Assembly (NCBI GenBank): GCA_903813345.2
Contig: CAIIXF020000001.1
Location: 5,146,001 to 5,210,000 of the forward strand
DNA length: 64,000 nucleotides
Source: Owenia fusiformis
Lineage: Eukaryota
Reading direction: 5' to 3'
A program made the position numbers and the translations under genes. This document shows positions 49,842-63,760 of the stretch, piece by piece. Below the pieces are notes generated by a model. That model worked only from the letters and a program-made list of their open reading frames with translations. It ran no database searches and was not told the origin of the DNA. Position 1 is the first letter of the stretch, and each line of letters starts with the position of its first letter.

Positions 49842-51098
49842 CACGATGCCCATGTCAAGCAGCGTGCCTACTAGGCACGCAGTTTGAAACTCTGACAAAC
49901 TGCGCGCATATTTCAAAATCGAAGACGGGGAGGACACGACTCCCAAAAAGAGCCAGAATACGAAAAATACAAGGTTAGTCTCGTTCTAAAGACAGTACCA
50001 TTCTGTGAAGATGAACTTAATTTACTCATAGTACTCAATGTTGTTCCCGATGTAAACCTAGTTATCTCAATATAAGGGTCTTAAGTAGCTTCTGTGTTCA
50101 AAATTCACAGTGTTAAGTTATATCTATGTCTTTTTATCGTCATTTGCCGTTTATTCAGCCATTGTGTCTGTGTATGCTAGAATATATAGGATCACTCCAT
50201 CTGATTAAAGCAGCATAGTTTGTGTTCAAAACGATAATACGCCATAAACGTGATTTAAACATTTTTCTTGTCAAACTGCGCGCCTATATTCACATGTATT
50301 TCCCAAACTGCGTGCCTAATATTTTCAAGCTGCTTACCTACCCAAGCTTGTTTTGTATTATCAGAAAACGTAAGCGCCATATGTAAGGCACATATGTGTC
50401 TAATAGTAGAACCCCATACGTGAAACACTATGAGAGTCCATCCACCAAGATGGTGATCTGAAAATAAAAGTTTTTCGTTCCCAACTTAATTGTCACTTCT
50501 ATTATACATTTTGACTTTCAGTACGAAAATCTCATAAAATCTGACGATTAAGCAAAATTTCCAAAGCTATATGAAAAACACCTACACGTGCCTCTGTAGA
50601 AATTCCAATGATAATATGAATTGTTAATAGTGTATGCGCACAGTTGTAATTTCTTGCTAAAATAGGCGCGCAGTTTGTGCTTTATTTCTTTTTAATCTCC
50701 TGATTATCTGTTTTATCTCGAAATATTTTGAATTATACATGATAAATGCGTAAAGAATTAAATATAAAACGAGTCTAAAGTATTTGTCATTTATGTTTAA
50801 AGGGCTAGATCGATTTAGGTATAAATTCCCGTTAAATCAGTGACGAAAATGCCATTAATCTGCTTATGTTTTAAAACTTAGATTCATTTGCACATAGTTT
50901 TTGCTAGTATTTGCAATATTCGTATATTCGCCACAGAATGAACGCATTGAACAAGAAAACAATGTAGGATAAATTTCTTTAAATTACGTTTTAAAATACA
51001 GACTCCAACTTAAATGATGCAATGTTGCCAGGCACGCAGTTTGTGATCGAAACAAACTGCGCGCCTAAGTAGGCGCGCAGCTTGACATGGGCACCGTG
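49842..51098. mobile_element. Non-autonomous element, CAC...GTG termini, 6-bp TSD
   Basis: TIR CACG(A/G)TGCCCATGTCAAGC; AAACAT on both sides; repeated AAACTGCGCGC motifs; diverged copy ~52055-52600. Confidence 0.8.
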
Positions 51099-51590
51099 AA
51101 ACATGTCTTAAAAAGATTTTAAAATCGTGTTTGTGAAGGCTTGTCTACTCATTTTCAGGATAACAATTTGACGGATCGATTTCAAATTTTCAGGGATGAT
51201 TCTTAGCATGAAAACGATTTCTTTTTCGGCATTGTAGGTAAATTGTAAGATGGCCATTTTGGATTTTCCGTGCTAAAATCGTGTCTGTAAAGTCCTTGTC
51301 TATTTTTCAGGATAACTATCTGACGGATCGATTTCAAACTTTCAGGGGTGATTCTAAGTATGAAAATCTAGAACTGATTAGTTTTTCGGCATTATGGGTA
51401 AACTTTTAGGTGGTCATTGGGGAGAAATTTGGGGTGATTTGTAGGTTGTAACTTCCGCGTAGACTAGTTATGAATGACGAAGCTTTCATGTAAGAAGCAA
51501 AGTCGAACGAATGCAAAGGATGAATATCGGTGAAAATAAGTTTTTTTGTAGATAATGAATGTAGATAACTTTGATGAAACTTTCAAAATA

Positions 51591-51888
51591 CAGAGTGTCT
51601 CAATAAAAATGCACAAAAACTAGATGACTATTCTGCTGGTGTTGGAATCTTAGAATGCCATTCAGGAAAGATACGACATGTTCAACCGCTGAGAAGGTGG
51701 TGCAAGTCAGATTTCACATGAGTTTATAAAAGCTGTCCTGTGCAATTAACCATGGAGGGATTTTGAAACTACTGATTTCAAATTAATCGAGAGTACTTCC
51801 TCTTCAAGAACCCAAGTATATTTTAGGGTAAACGCCAAAATTATAAAAAAAAATATTGACGTTTTTTGTTATTTATTGAGCCACACTG
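51591..51888. mobile_element. Degenerate Tc1/mariner-type MITE
   Basis: TA|CAGAGTGTCTCAATAAA ... TTTATTGAGCCACACTG|TG. Confidence 0.55.
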
Positions 51889-54013
51889 TGGGAATGGCTC
51901 GACGGTAGTTGTCGCCACTTAAACGCATTGAAATGCTCTAAGCTGATTAGCTGAAATCAACTTGGTATGTTTTAATGATATATGAGACATGACTAGTGTA
52001 AAATTATTGCTTCGACAGTTATCCCTAAAAAATATCACTTTTGGGTATCCAAATGCGTGCATACTATGCACACAGTTTGAATCTCTGACAAACTGCGCGC
52101 ATATTTAAAAATGGCAGACGGGAGGACACGAATCCCATAAGGATGAAAAGTACTGGAAATACAAAGTTAATTTTGTTTATCAGGCATTACCATTATGTGG
52201 AGACTAGCTTACTACAAGTTGCACTCGATTTTTTTCCTGGTGTAAACGTAGTTATCTCTATATCCTAAGGAGCTTTTGTGTTCAAAATATACATTGTTGT
52301 GTCGTATAATGTCTGTTTGTCGTAGTTTAAAGTTTATTCAGCCCTTGTGTTTGCATATACTGAAAGATACAGGATTGTTGCATATAGTTTAAGTAATATA
52401 GTATTTTCTATTTCTGTGAAAAGTGCGACATCTTAATTTATTTTTTACAATTTTTTATTAATCTGCTTATATTTTAAAATTAAACCTACGTTCATCTAGA
52501 CATAACTTTCGCTATCACATGGTAGAATCAAATAATCGCCACCGAGTGGACGTATGAAACCATGGAACAATGCAGAATAAATGTCTTAAAATGACGTTTG
52601 AAAACACTTGTATGATCACTTGTATCATCATCAAAATATCTAAAATCTATGTATCAAAAAGTCATCGCCAAGCTGCAATTTGTTTCATGTGCGTGATGCA
52701 TCCATCTTAAACCATTTCAGAATATTTGTCTAAGCATCCTTACATTTTTAGGATGAATTATTGAATATGAATATGAATCACCATTATTTTTGCGATAAAA
52801 AGTTGAGTATTAAAATCAACTGCAAAATAAATACATCTTTAATTTTGCAAACAGTTATCAATTTCAAACAATTAAATTACTAGACCGATATAGAATAATT
52901 TATGTGTGAACAAATAATAATGCTTTTTAACCACGTTCAAAAAATGACCATAAAGGACCCTCCCATAACCTTTGGGGGGTTAATGGCCACCTCTCATGAA
53001 GAACAAACATAATTGGAGTGAGATAGGAAGATGAGCATCAAAAATATGTTAGTGTCACTTCGATCGTTTTTAATTAAAACACAAATCAATGAATCAACGG
53101 CTACTAGTTATTTGTACAACTCGCTAGTTATCATCGCTATTAATGTATAATTTCAATTAAAATAAGATACTTGTGTGTTTTCCTCGATCTGATCGCATGA
53201 ATTCCTGTCATTTTGGAGATATTTACGAAGAGTAGGATTATATATTAAGATCATTTTCAACTTTGTTCAAGGAGCAATAATTGCAAACCAATGAAATAAA
53301 TTAACGTCAGCTGACACGTAAAACTGGCATGATAGATATACACATTATTTTAGTTATTGTAATTTTAGCTTGGCGATTGTTTTCATGTAACTATAGTCTA
53401 GTTGTCGATTGCATCCTTCGCCGTCTTCCTTGGCTTAAGATTCTATAAAACTGCATTGATTTGCGGTATGTTTACCATTAGACTATATATCATAGGATTT
53501 ACTGTTGTAATCCCCTTATCTCGTCTCTCCACATTGTAGGGCCGTCAGAGCATGACTGCTGCAAGTACAGATTACCTCTCTGTGGACTTTCATAAATCGC
53601 CGTATTGCAGTACCAAATTAAATGATTCCCTCAAGGTACAGTATAATTACCGTAATAATCATAGGCGTCATGTTTTTAGATGTCGGGAGAAATCTAATTA
53701 TGTTATTCGGTTTCTGTTTTTTATTCTTATTAACGAAACAATGACTGTCATCTCCACTGACATTGCGTTTCGTTATTTAACATTACAATACATATGAAAC
53801 ATATTTTTGTACATAAAGCCTACGTATATGGACATTTATCCAATGAAAGTAAAATTTCTAGCGACTTGATTTAGTATCCTTAGTACATTGCACTGACGTC
53901 AACGTGCCCCACGTTTCGGAGTCGAAATCGTCATCCTTTTCAAAAGATTAACACATTTAATGAACAAAACAGCATTGCATGAAATCGCCATTGAATAATT
54001 CTCTCATAAAAGG

Positions 54014-55560
54014 AGTGGTATCGATATGGAGAACTTTTTGAACACACGTTTCTCTTAAACCAGTCATAAAAAATCTAAAAATTTAACACATCGTCAATTT
54101 AATGGTCATCTTTTGAATGGGAACAATATAATTTGAAATATATATATATATACTTTCATCTGTATTGTTTTAGAAAACACACCAAACACTAGTTTTGTTC
54201 TTGGTATCATGTTTCCAGTGTGAAATGAAACATCTTTCCGAACCTCATTGGAACAAAACGACATAAACACAACATGTTTACACCCTATGCAGACAGAGCC
54301 TGTGGAAAATATTGGGTGCGGAGCAAATGAGCGGAGGGTGCGGAGCTAACGGTCATTTTTGAATTTAAATTTGGGATATTTCTGAAACTAAGCCGTTTTG
54401 GGACTTCAAATATACCAAGATATGTGTATTTGACACCGAATATCAATACAATTGTGAAAATAGTAGCGCAATTCATTCTATAGCGACGCAGTGTGCCTTA
54501 AACCTTTCCCAGACCTATATATTTTGAATTTATCTTTTTAATACTGAGTCCCCAGCATTCATAAAAATGGTGTTCAAGGTACACTATCTATACAAATTAT
54601 TTTTGCATCTTGGAAGCCAGGCAGTATCTGTGTGATTTTATGAAAATTCGGAAATGTTTTTCAGATATGAGCCCCCTCTAAATATTGGGTGCGGAGGAGC
54701 TCCATAAACGTACCTCCGCACCCAATATTTAGAGGGGCTCATATCTGAAGAACATTTCCGAATTTTTATAAAATCACACAGATACTGCCTGGCTTCCAAG
54801 ATGCAAAAATAATTTGCATGGGTAGTGTATCTTGAACACCATTTTTATGAATGCTGGGGACGCAGTATTAAAAGAATAGTCTCAAACCATATAGGTCTGG
54901 GAAATGTTTAAGGCATACTGCGTCGCTATAAAATGAATTGCACTACTATTTTCACAATTTTATTGATATTTGGTGTCAAATACACATGTCTTGGTATATT
55001 TGAAGTCCCAAAACGGTTTAGTTTCAGAAATGTCCCAATTTTAAATTCAAAAATGACCGTTAGCTCCGCACCCTCCGCTCATTTGCGCCGCACCCAATAT
55101 TTCCCACAGGCTCTGTCTGCATAGGGTGGTTTAGGTCTCTCAATATTGTAATTGTACAAAGGAAATTTTGGTTGGTTTTAAAAAAGTATCTTGATTTTTA
55201 TCTATTTTTGGGGGATTTTGTTTTAATTTTTTTTAAATCAACCAAAAATTCCTTTGTATAATATAACTACAAGTATAATATTGAGAGGTCTAAAAACATG
55301 TTGTTTATGCTATTTTGTTCCAACAAGGTTCGGAAAGACATTTTATTTCATTCTCAAGAATTGGTAGAGAGGAGCAAAAACAATTGCAATAAAATTTTTT
55401 TTAACAAAAACAGTTATATAAAATATTTCTAAATAATTTTCGCATTAAATTGTTGTCAATCAGTCAACATTACATAAAATACCGTGTTTTTTACAGAATG
55501 TTTTCAATGATTGGTTTAAGAGAAAACATTGTTGAATGCAGTTCTCCATATCGATACCAT
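54014..55560. mobile_element. Older palindromic MITE hosting the Transib-like MITE
   Basis: TGGTATCGATATGGAGAACT / AGTTCTCCATATCGATACCA; arms continue across the insertion, centre ~55215. Confidence 0.7.
54281..55128. mobile_element. Transib-like palindromic MITE (848 bp)
   Basis: CAC...GTG ends, 5-bp TSD GTTTA, ~415-bp near-perfect arms. Confidence 0.88.
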
Positions 55561-58500
55561 GAATAACTCGTATTATTCCATCATAACATGTTTTCCCTGG
55601 GAAATAAACAGGAAATAGAACGGATATTCAAAAAAAGCCCGTATCAGCCAAAATCCCGTATCAGATCCCGTATTGGCTCCCGTATAAGATCCCGTATCAG
55701 AAATATTCCCGGGGATTTCTATTGCTCTTTACACGTTTCGTTCTATTTTAAAACGTATTAATAAAACCTGAAAAATTTTATATGATAAATCAAATTGTAT
55801 CATTTTAAGTCACCATCATCGGATGATGACAAATCGAACTTGAAAATGAATAAGTTTCAGAAAAATCATTACGGAATAAATAGGTTATTGATGGTCGTGA
55901 TGGAAATGGAATATGAATTTTTCCTCGAGAAAATATAATATTAGCCTCGGAAAATATCATATTGACACTCGGCCTGTCGCCCTCGGTCAATATGACATTT
56001 TCCTTAGCCATATAAAGTCTTTAATTATTTTTTACTTTTGATTTTCATTCTATATCTCACCATATTACGCAATCAGCGAGACCATATGAGATGATGACCA
56101 TCATCTGACCAGCACTTGTTGACCGACTTCTAGGCCATGCACAGCTAGCTACTTAGATAAGGATATTAAGTACCTAGAAATTTTAACAATACTTCTTCCA
56201 GGAATTGGATATCTAAATTAAGCATTTGCCTCATAGTTTTAGATATATATTACAAACATTTGAGAGAAAAAATGTCAGAAATGAATGAAAAAATGGAAAA
56301 AAACTTTTAGACGAGGATGAAGAATGCCAACAATCAGTCCAGGGTGACATAATAAGAAGTGGAGATGAACAACCAGTCGGTCCAGAAAGATTCATGGATG
56401 CTCTGATGGAACGGTTGGATCGAATAGAGAAAAGGCAGGCTGAGACGCACCCCTCTACTTCAAAGCGTTTCAAGCGTACAATGGATTCTAATACTCCAAA
56501 TACTATTGCATTACATAGCAAAACTGTTTATTTTCACGCGATTGTTTAACTACATCTGTCAGCAGAGATTTATGATTCTAATATCTCATTAAGTCATCTC
56601 AATAAGTCATTAAATTATAGAATTATGTAAGCATTATCATTCTTGGAAAATGCGCAAATTTACATATCTTAAATAGAATTTAGCATTTGACACAAAGAGA
56701 ACAAAACATTACGGCAATTTAATTGATCACATTTCTACACAGATATGGTTTTAATACGTAATAAAATTGTGAAAAATTGAGAAGAATTAAATTAATGCGA
56801 ATTGTGGTGACGATTTGATGCTCAACTCGTGCAAGTGTAAGACATTGTACAATGCAAGGAACATAAAATCGCAAGTCTGAATAATTAACAGGATTCAACT
56901 ATAGGGAGTTTATAGCAAATTTAATAACTTCAAAGAGTTGTAAAACAAAGCCAATGATGCCGTCCACAGAAATTATGTTTTGAATCTCTGAACAAATAAG
57001 ACACTCTTCGCGGGTGACTTTGACAAATCTGTACTTTTCGTTTATCTGGTCTTTGTTGAAACGTCTGGGTGGAGTCAATAGCTATTGTGTGTGATCATGA
57101 TTAAATACGCTACAATTTCAATCTTTTCATAGTTGATTTACTTACAATAGAACGCTAATACGGACATCTATTAAAATAATCTGAGACAACACAATGATTG
57201 ATAATTTATGTTTAATTATTGTTTAATGGAACTATCATCACCACAGCAGGGTGCTCATTAATTTTGGTCAAGTTATTAATGTCTAATGTCAAATTGATGG
57301 CCACACAAGAAATTGAAATTCGAGACAGACTACCAGAAAAAAAACATGGTTTTCTCGCTTGTTAGATTGACCAAAACTTTGTATCGTTTTTTCTTGTTGA
57401 ATTTGAGAGATATATCATAGAGGCTATTTCTGCAAGTAACAGAATAAAACAGTCTTCTATTGGGGTAATAATTGGGTGTTGTGGTTGATTTTGTATACTT
57501 TCTACATTCAACATTTATTTTATTATACGTTACTCACGAGTAGTATCTTAAAATCATGGAAGTTCAATTATCAGAGTAACAATTCCATATTCGCAAGAGC
57601 ATACATTATGTAATATGCAATAAGAAACAAATTCAATGGTTACAAATAATCTAAATATCAAGTATGTTAGTTTGACGTGGAAATCATTCCGATGACATGT
57701 TATAAGCAGTAATTAGAATGCACGAGCACACCTCGGATCGACTTCCAAGAGCAGAATGAAATGTTTTAATCTTTATTTCCCAATTCAGGTAGAATGATGC
57801 TATCTTTACTACCAGAACCATGGGCTAAGGCATCATATTATGGGACTTGGGCCTTAAGAAACGGCAATAACTGGACATAAGGCATAGAAATTGTTGAAAT
57901 TATCAAAAATAATTGGATGGATTATTATATTTGTGGCTTCGGCGGATATTGCAACTATCAGCTATTACTATAGTCTTTAGAATATCGTCGTATGCCATTT
58001 CCGTAATTATTTATGGCCACCTAAATTTAGTTCAGTCAAAATCAGATGGTCGAACCGAAGTTTTGTGGATTATAACAGTCCCAACTACATATTTTTCCCT
58101 GTGCAACTTCTCCAAGATGGTTGAGGGGACACCTTATGGCAGTCTAGGCCCAGATTCTATGGGAGAGAAACAGCCCGAAATAACAAATGTCTCTGAAATC
58201 CCAACACGTGTGGGTCTCTTCACAGAGCAGTTAACACTTCTTACGTTTAGTTAAAAAGCATCAATTAGCACGGAATCAGCATGATTCTACTCGAAACAAA
58301 AGCAGTCAAAAAGCTAACAAATTTTAAAATGATAGTGTATAGATTTACCACTGCGATGACTTCGGGTTTATCATAAAAAATCACGTTGGTTTTGAAAAAG
58401 AGGAGGCATGCCAGCGCTGGGTGCGAACAATGGAGTCGATATGTCAGACTGTAATTATAATGACAGTGCGCTAAAGGAACACACCGCAAATAGGATCGTA

Positions 58501-60439
58501 TGTGTTTTAAAGCATGTTCTCTTTAATTGAGATCGCATATGAATTTAACATGATTCATTAAAAACATCTTAACATGTGAAAATTTGTTTAAGTTGCAGCC
58601 CGTCCGGACCTAAATTGGCCAAATGCAAGGGCTCGGCGGTTACATATCACCCTAATCAAAGCTCTACGTCAACGTGTTGACATGAAGTATTGTTCTAATG
58701 GCAAAATTTACAATTTTTATTCTAATTAAAATACTGTTACTGAATTCAGATTTGAGATTTGATTTTCCCGGAAAGCCGACAGAGTATTTAAATGGTGATG
58801 CATAAAATGAATAAAATCAATTTGTAGTATTTGGAAATCATCATATTTTCTTTTTATTGAGATAATTCTCATATTATTTATGAGGTGTATGGGTGAACAG
58901 ATGTGAAACTTAATGTTAATAGTTAAATAATAGTAGGTTGTAGTTAAAAAAGAAGTAAAGCCTTGTTTTTTCGGCGAATGTGTGTTATTATGCACACGTC
59001 ACAAACTTCGTGCGTCTATCTGGAAGAATCACGCACAAACATAAGTTCATTCTTAGCACGTGGTATTGAAACATATCTTCTGAGATATGTAAAATAGTTT
59101 CATTTTCATGTCATAATCGTGACTTAATCAAAGAGACTAGATTTCAAAATTAAATAATTAGCAACGATAACAAGACATGATCTGAATAGACCACATTTCA
59201 AAACGTGTTTAATTTGCAAGTAACATAAAAACTGTCAACTTGTAAAATCAATGCTATGCATTAAAAACTGTTTTTGTTTTATTTTTTCACTTCTTAATAT
59301 AATTAATTCTCTAAGGGGAAAACGAAAGCAACTATATTCCGAAAAGAGAACCGTTAGATTTATCAGCATCCGCAAGATTGTCCTTCCACTCGACACTAGA
59401 TTCATTTTGTAAGTGGGACCACTTAAGATCTTACTCTATCTGTCCACCCACTCACAACGGATTCTTATAACATATAATGAACCAGATAATATTATAATAT
59501 TCTGTTCCTGTATGGGAATCGTCATACATAAACATTTTCTTGAAAATGAAATTTATGCGAATGTGAAGATCCGATAAAATATAAAAACACAAATCAATTT
59601 TTTGCGAGCGTGCATGTATGCGTATATCCATTTGACTGTTAATTTTTTAATAATACTATATGAAATCGTCAACAAATACTTCATGTGCAGTAGCTCAACA
59701 CATGATTCTCGTAAAACGATTGTTATTAAAAGTCCACACTCAACCATTATTAAGAATGGATGCGTCCTGCTTATCAGTGTTAAGTTGCAGCTTTGTGTCA
59801 CTCAGCCATTCCTCATTTGGCTACATCCTAAAACAAACACAATTTATTTTCAATTGAAAAGGCTAAATATATAGTCCCGAGGGTGCAACATTTATGTGCG
59901 TTCTAATTAAATTGGGAATTTAAATGTGTTAACATAACACACTCATTAATTTGTATTCATTACAACAATTGGCTTGATGGAGGTTAATGGATTGTTTAAT
60001 GGCTTTGATCTATAGTCTATGTGGCTCTGTACATGGTGTGTGGGAGAAGGGATGCTCAATTCATTCATGAGTATTTGACATTTATACAAGTATGACCAAA
60101 ATATACAATACTAACAAAATATACATAAATGATATGAACATGTTCAATGATGCAAACGATGTAGGCCAAAATATCACATAGCTATCATTTCTTTAACAAA
60201 AATGTGTCAAATTGTTTTCCTCAAATTACAATATTTAATATTCATCATTGAAATGGTATATTTGTCTTAACCAATTAAACCAAATGAAGCCTCTCAGAGA
60301 CATATGATATTAGCTCCAAAATTTATATTGAAGCAATTCAATTGAAGTAAAACATACAATATAGGAATAATAGCATAAAATACTCAAATTAATAAATCTC
60401 AGTAGAGAGGTGGATCGTGATTCTGTAATTAGATGAGAG

Positions 60440-60530
60440 AGTATCACGTGTGGTGGGCGGAGGAACAGCGAATAGAAAATTATAAGTATCTATAGTTTGC
60501 AGCCAGCGATCTTCCTATTTAAATAGAATT
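60440..60530 (+). promoter_or_regulatory. Candidate core promoter of the bHLH gene
   Basis: CACGTG 60445, GGGCGG 60455, TATA-like at 60481 and 60516; donor GTAAGT at 60671 and NAGNAG acceptor at 60964-60969 imply a non-coding first exon. Confidence 0.35.
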
Positions 60531-60999
60531 GCGGCATCTTCAGCATCTAATTACAGAACAATTCTTATTTGAGGTGAAATATGAGCACTCAACATTAACC
60601 AGGAAGATAGAACGTAGCAAAGTTCTAAATAAAATATATCTAGTGTTAGTATCTCTACAAATTATATCAAGTAAGTAATTTAATTTTCATTTTAGTTCAG
60701 GATATTGGGCTACAATTATAATGCTTAAAATAAATCAGTGTAATGATCAGTCATCAGTAAATTAAGTGAATTACATAAGAGTAATTAATGCAAGTTCGGC
60801 TTATAAAATAAGTCCCAGAACCAACAGGGTTAATGGTGGTTGGTATATAGAAACATTCAACTGAATTTTTAATGCATATCGACAATAAGTAGGAACAATA
60901 AGTTGATTAATCAAATCGAGTATTCCAACTCTCTCAAAGGCTTTACAAATGCTATTTTCTTTGCAGCAGGGACATATAATCTATACAAAGCTAACACAC

Positions 61000-61713
61000 A
61001 TGATGAACAGGAAAATTTCAACCAGAGATAACCAAGCAGATGACTTCTCCTCAGATGAAGAAAGTGATATAGATTTTGATGATTCGGTGTCGGTGAACAA
61101 TGACAACAATAACAACTCAGAAAAACATTGGCAAGAGGACAGACTTCTATTTAATGGCAAGGAACAATTTGTTAATGACACCAGTGTCGCGGGACCATCG
61201 GGACTGGCATTGGCGACCCGGGAATCATGGACAGGTTCACAGTTTGGCCATTCTTCCTTGTCGCCAAGACTGTCGTTTCTGAGCTATCTTCCAGAACAGA
61301 GGGAGTTTCTTCCAAAACAAATGCTAGATTCTCCACTAATATCGGATGGTTTCCCATCTATACGTAAAGGACATAGGCGGGTATTCACTAATACACGTGA
61401 AAGGTGGCGTCAACAAAACGTAAATGGTGCTTTTGCAGAACTGCGTCGTATTGTACCAACTCATCCGCCGGATAAAAAACTTAGCAAAAATGAGATTTTA
61501 AGACTTGCAATAAAATATATTAAATTGCTCATGAAAATTTTGGAATATCAGGACGGTAAGAGTACTTGTGCAGAAAATAGGGAGTATTCAAATGTAGCAC
61601 ATCAAAATAACGATAAACTTCGGGATCCTAGGAGTTCGCCAATTCTGTCGCCAGATGGCTCTCATAATGAATCTAGTTACTATGGTGATACTAGTGCTGA
61701 TGATTCGAATTGA
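61000..61713 (+). CDS. TAL1-like: SCL/TAL1/LYL1-family bHLH transcription factor, ~237 aa
   Basis: [49 protein letters not shown] is the TAL1-type bHLH; first ATG after the splice acceptor is at 61000. Confidence 0.93.
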   Translation: MMNRKISTRDNQADDFSSDEESDIDFDDSVSVNNDNNNNSEKHWQEDRLLFNGKEQFVNDTSVAGPSGLALATRESWTGSQFGHSSLSPRLSFLSYLPEQREFLPKQMLDSPLISDGFPSIRKGHRRVFTNTRERWRQQNVNGAFAELRRIVPTHPPDKKLSKNEILRLAIKYIKLLMKILEYQDGKSTCAENREYSNVAHQNNDKLRDPRSSPILSPDGSHNESSYYGDTSADDSN

Positions 61714-61869
61714 AGTAAATGAATCCGAATACAGGATTATTCTATTATATAGTTTGGTAACCCTGACTTCCACTCGGAAAGCCCGACAAAGCCGATTTAT
61801 GCTTCGGGTGACTGTTGCTTCCTCTCTCAATATTCCGAATTTCTAGTCTCGGGCGTAAGGGATAGGATA

Positions 61870-62390
61870 TCTTTTCCACTTTTCCACATACAACCGTAAA
61901 CAAGTACGTTTGCGAACAAAATGAAGTATTTATTAATAAACTAGAGTTTATGAGCAAAATAATCATGTATGATTTATTAAAAATTGGTATCGTATTTTTT
62001 GTTTAATGTACACCTGAAAAGTTGAAGGTAACAAAAAATGAGCAAAAAAGGTCACTGTCACAGATTCTATTTTTCAAACTATATGACGTCACAATATGGG
62101 ACGCTTACTAAGAATTCATCCTTTCAAATAACACTTCCATCTACTTTTATCAAAATGATAGTCAAATGTGAGTTATGAGCGTTTAAAGACGAAAAATTGT
62201 TCAAAATGTAACGTGTCGACAGCGGATATTTGCCAGATTTTGGCCGGGGTAAAAAAACTCGTTTTAAAAAAAGAACGCGTAAAAATGGTATATACATTTG
62301 ATTAGAATAATATCTTATATTCCGAAGAATTAAAGTTACATTCATGCAATACCCTAAAAACACAAGTGCGCCACCTTTTTGCGACGTGGC
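61870..62390. mobile_element. Truncated copy of the 20569-21470 element
   Basis: Colinear with ~20900-21470, ending GCGCCACCTTTTTGCGAC. Confidence 0.8.
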
Positions 62391-62571
62391 TATAGGAAAG
62401 CTAGGTAGTCACCAGTGCAAAGGTTGTAGGTTAGTCCCTGAGCTGATTCTTCTAAGAGCTCTTGATAAGGAGTTTGTTGTCCGGGTGTCCGCCTCAAAAA
62501 TCAACTACTGCATACCATAGTGTTCCTATATATGCTCTACACTCACTGGGTTATGGTATATTTATCCGGTA

Positions 62572-63760
62572 CAGGCCCGTAAGACACTTTTCTCCAAGGG
62601 GGGTGCGGTTTTTACTAAAGAGAATATAAAATCGTCAATTTTTTGCCGCGTAAACCAAATCGCATAAGTCAGAGTGGGGGGGGGGGTCGGTCACTCCCCC
62701 TAGAAGATTTTACAGTTTTGAGATGCTATTTGGTGCATTCTGGGCACTTTCAAAGTGTATGAGTCAATAAGAAAAATGTGATTTTTTCAAATTCTTTTGG
62801 GGGTGTCAAAAAGGATGAGAGGGTGAAGTGGGGGAGCAAGGGGTCGTCCCCCAGAAACATTGACCATATCAAGGTGCAATTTGATGAGGTCTGGGCACTT
62901 AAAAAATGTCTGAGACAATACATGAAATTCAGAATATTTTCTTTTGTTTTGTGGGGGATGTTAGGGGTGGCTTACTCTCATAGAAAATTTTACAATTTAA
63001 AGATGATATTTGGTACTTCTGGGCACTTTTAAAGTGTATTAGTCAATAAAAACATTGAAAAACAATCATAATTTTTTTCAAATTTTGGGGGTGTCAAAGG
63101 GGAGGGAGGGGTGCCAGAGGGGGAGGTGGAGTTGGGGTGCCAGAGGGGGAGCAAGTGTTTGTCCCCCATATCTGTCCCCCAGAAACATTTACGATATCTA
63201 GGTGCTATTCGATGAAGTCTGGGCACTTTAAAAGTGTCTGTGCCTATCAGTTCCCAAGAAAATTTTACAATTTTAAGATGCTGTTTGGTGCTTTCTGGGC
63301 ACTTTCAGAGTGTATGAGTCAATAAAAATTTGAAAAATCTTAATTTTTTTTTAATTTTTGGGGGGCAGGGGGTGTGTCAAGGGGGGATGCCAGATTTTAC
63401 GACACTATTTGGTGCTTCCTGGGCACTTTCAAAGTGTATGAGTCAATTAAAGAATTTGAGAAAATCACAACTTTTATCCAATTTTTTTTTTGGGGGGGGG
63501 TCAAGGGGGGGGGGGGCGCCAGAGGGGGAGGTGGTGTGGGGATGAAAGTGCAAGATGCAAGAGGAAAGCAAGTGTTAGTCCCCCAGAAACACTAACTGTA
63601 TCAAGGAGCTATTTGATGATGTCTGTGCACTTTAAAAGTGTCTGGGACAAAACACTGAAATAAATTTAGATTTTTTCCATTGTTTTGTGGGGGGTGTGAG
63701 GGGTGGCAAATACCCCTAGAAAATTTTACAATTTTAAGATGCTATTTGGTGCTTTCACCT
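62572..63760. repeat. G-run-rich tandem repeat array (satellite-bearing MITE-like)
   Basis: Recurring GAAAATTTTACAATTTTAAGATGCTATTTGGTGC..TCTGGGCACTTT units; begins CAGGCCCGTA. Confidence 0.65.

Noticed and set aside
42756-55124. Three near-identical ~63-aa ORFs (42756, 54285, 54933) as a gene family
   Set aside because: All lie in arms of the same palindromic MITE
60949-60999. ORF-track start of the bHLH gene
   Set aside because: It overlaps a polypyrimidine tract and NAGNAG acceptor, so it is probably intronic or UTR; ATG 61000 preferred
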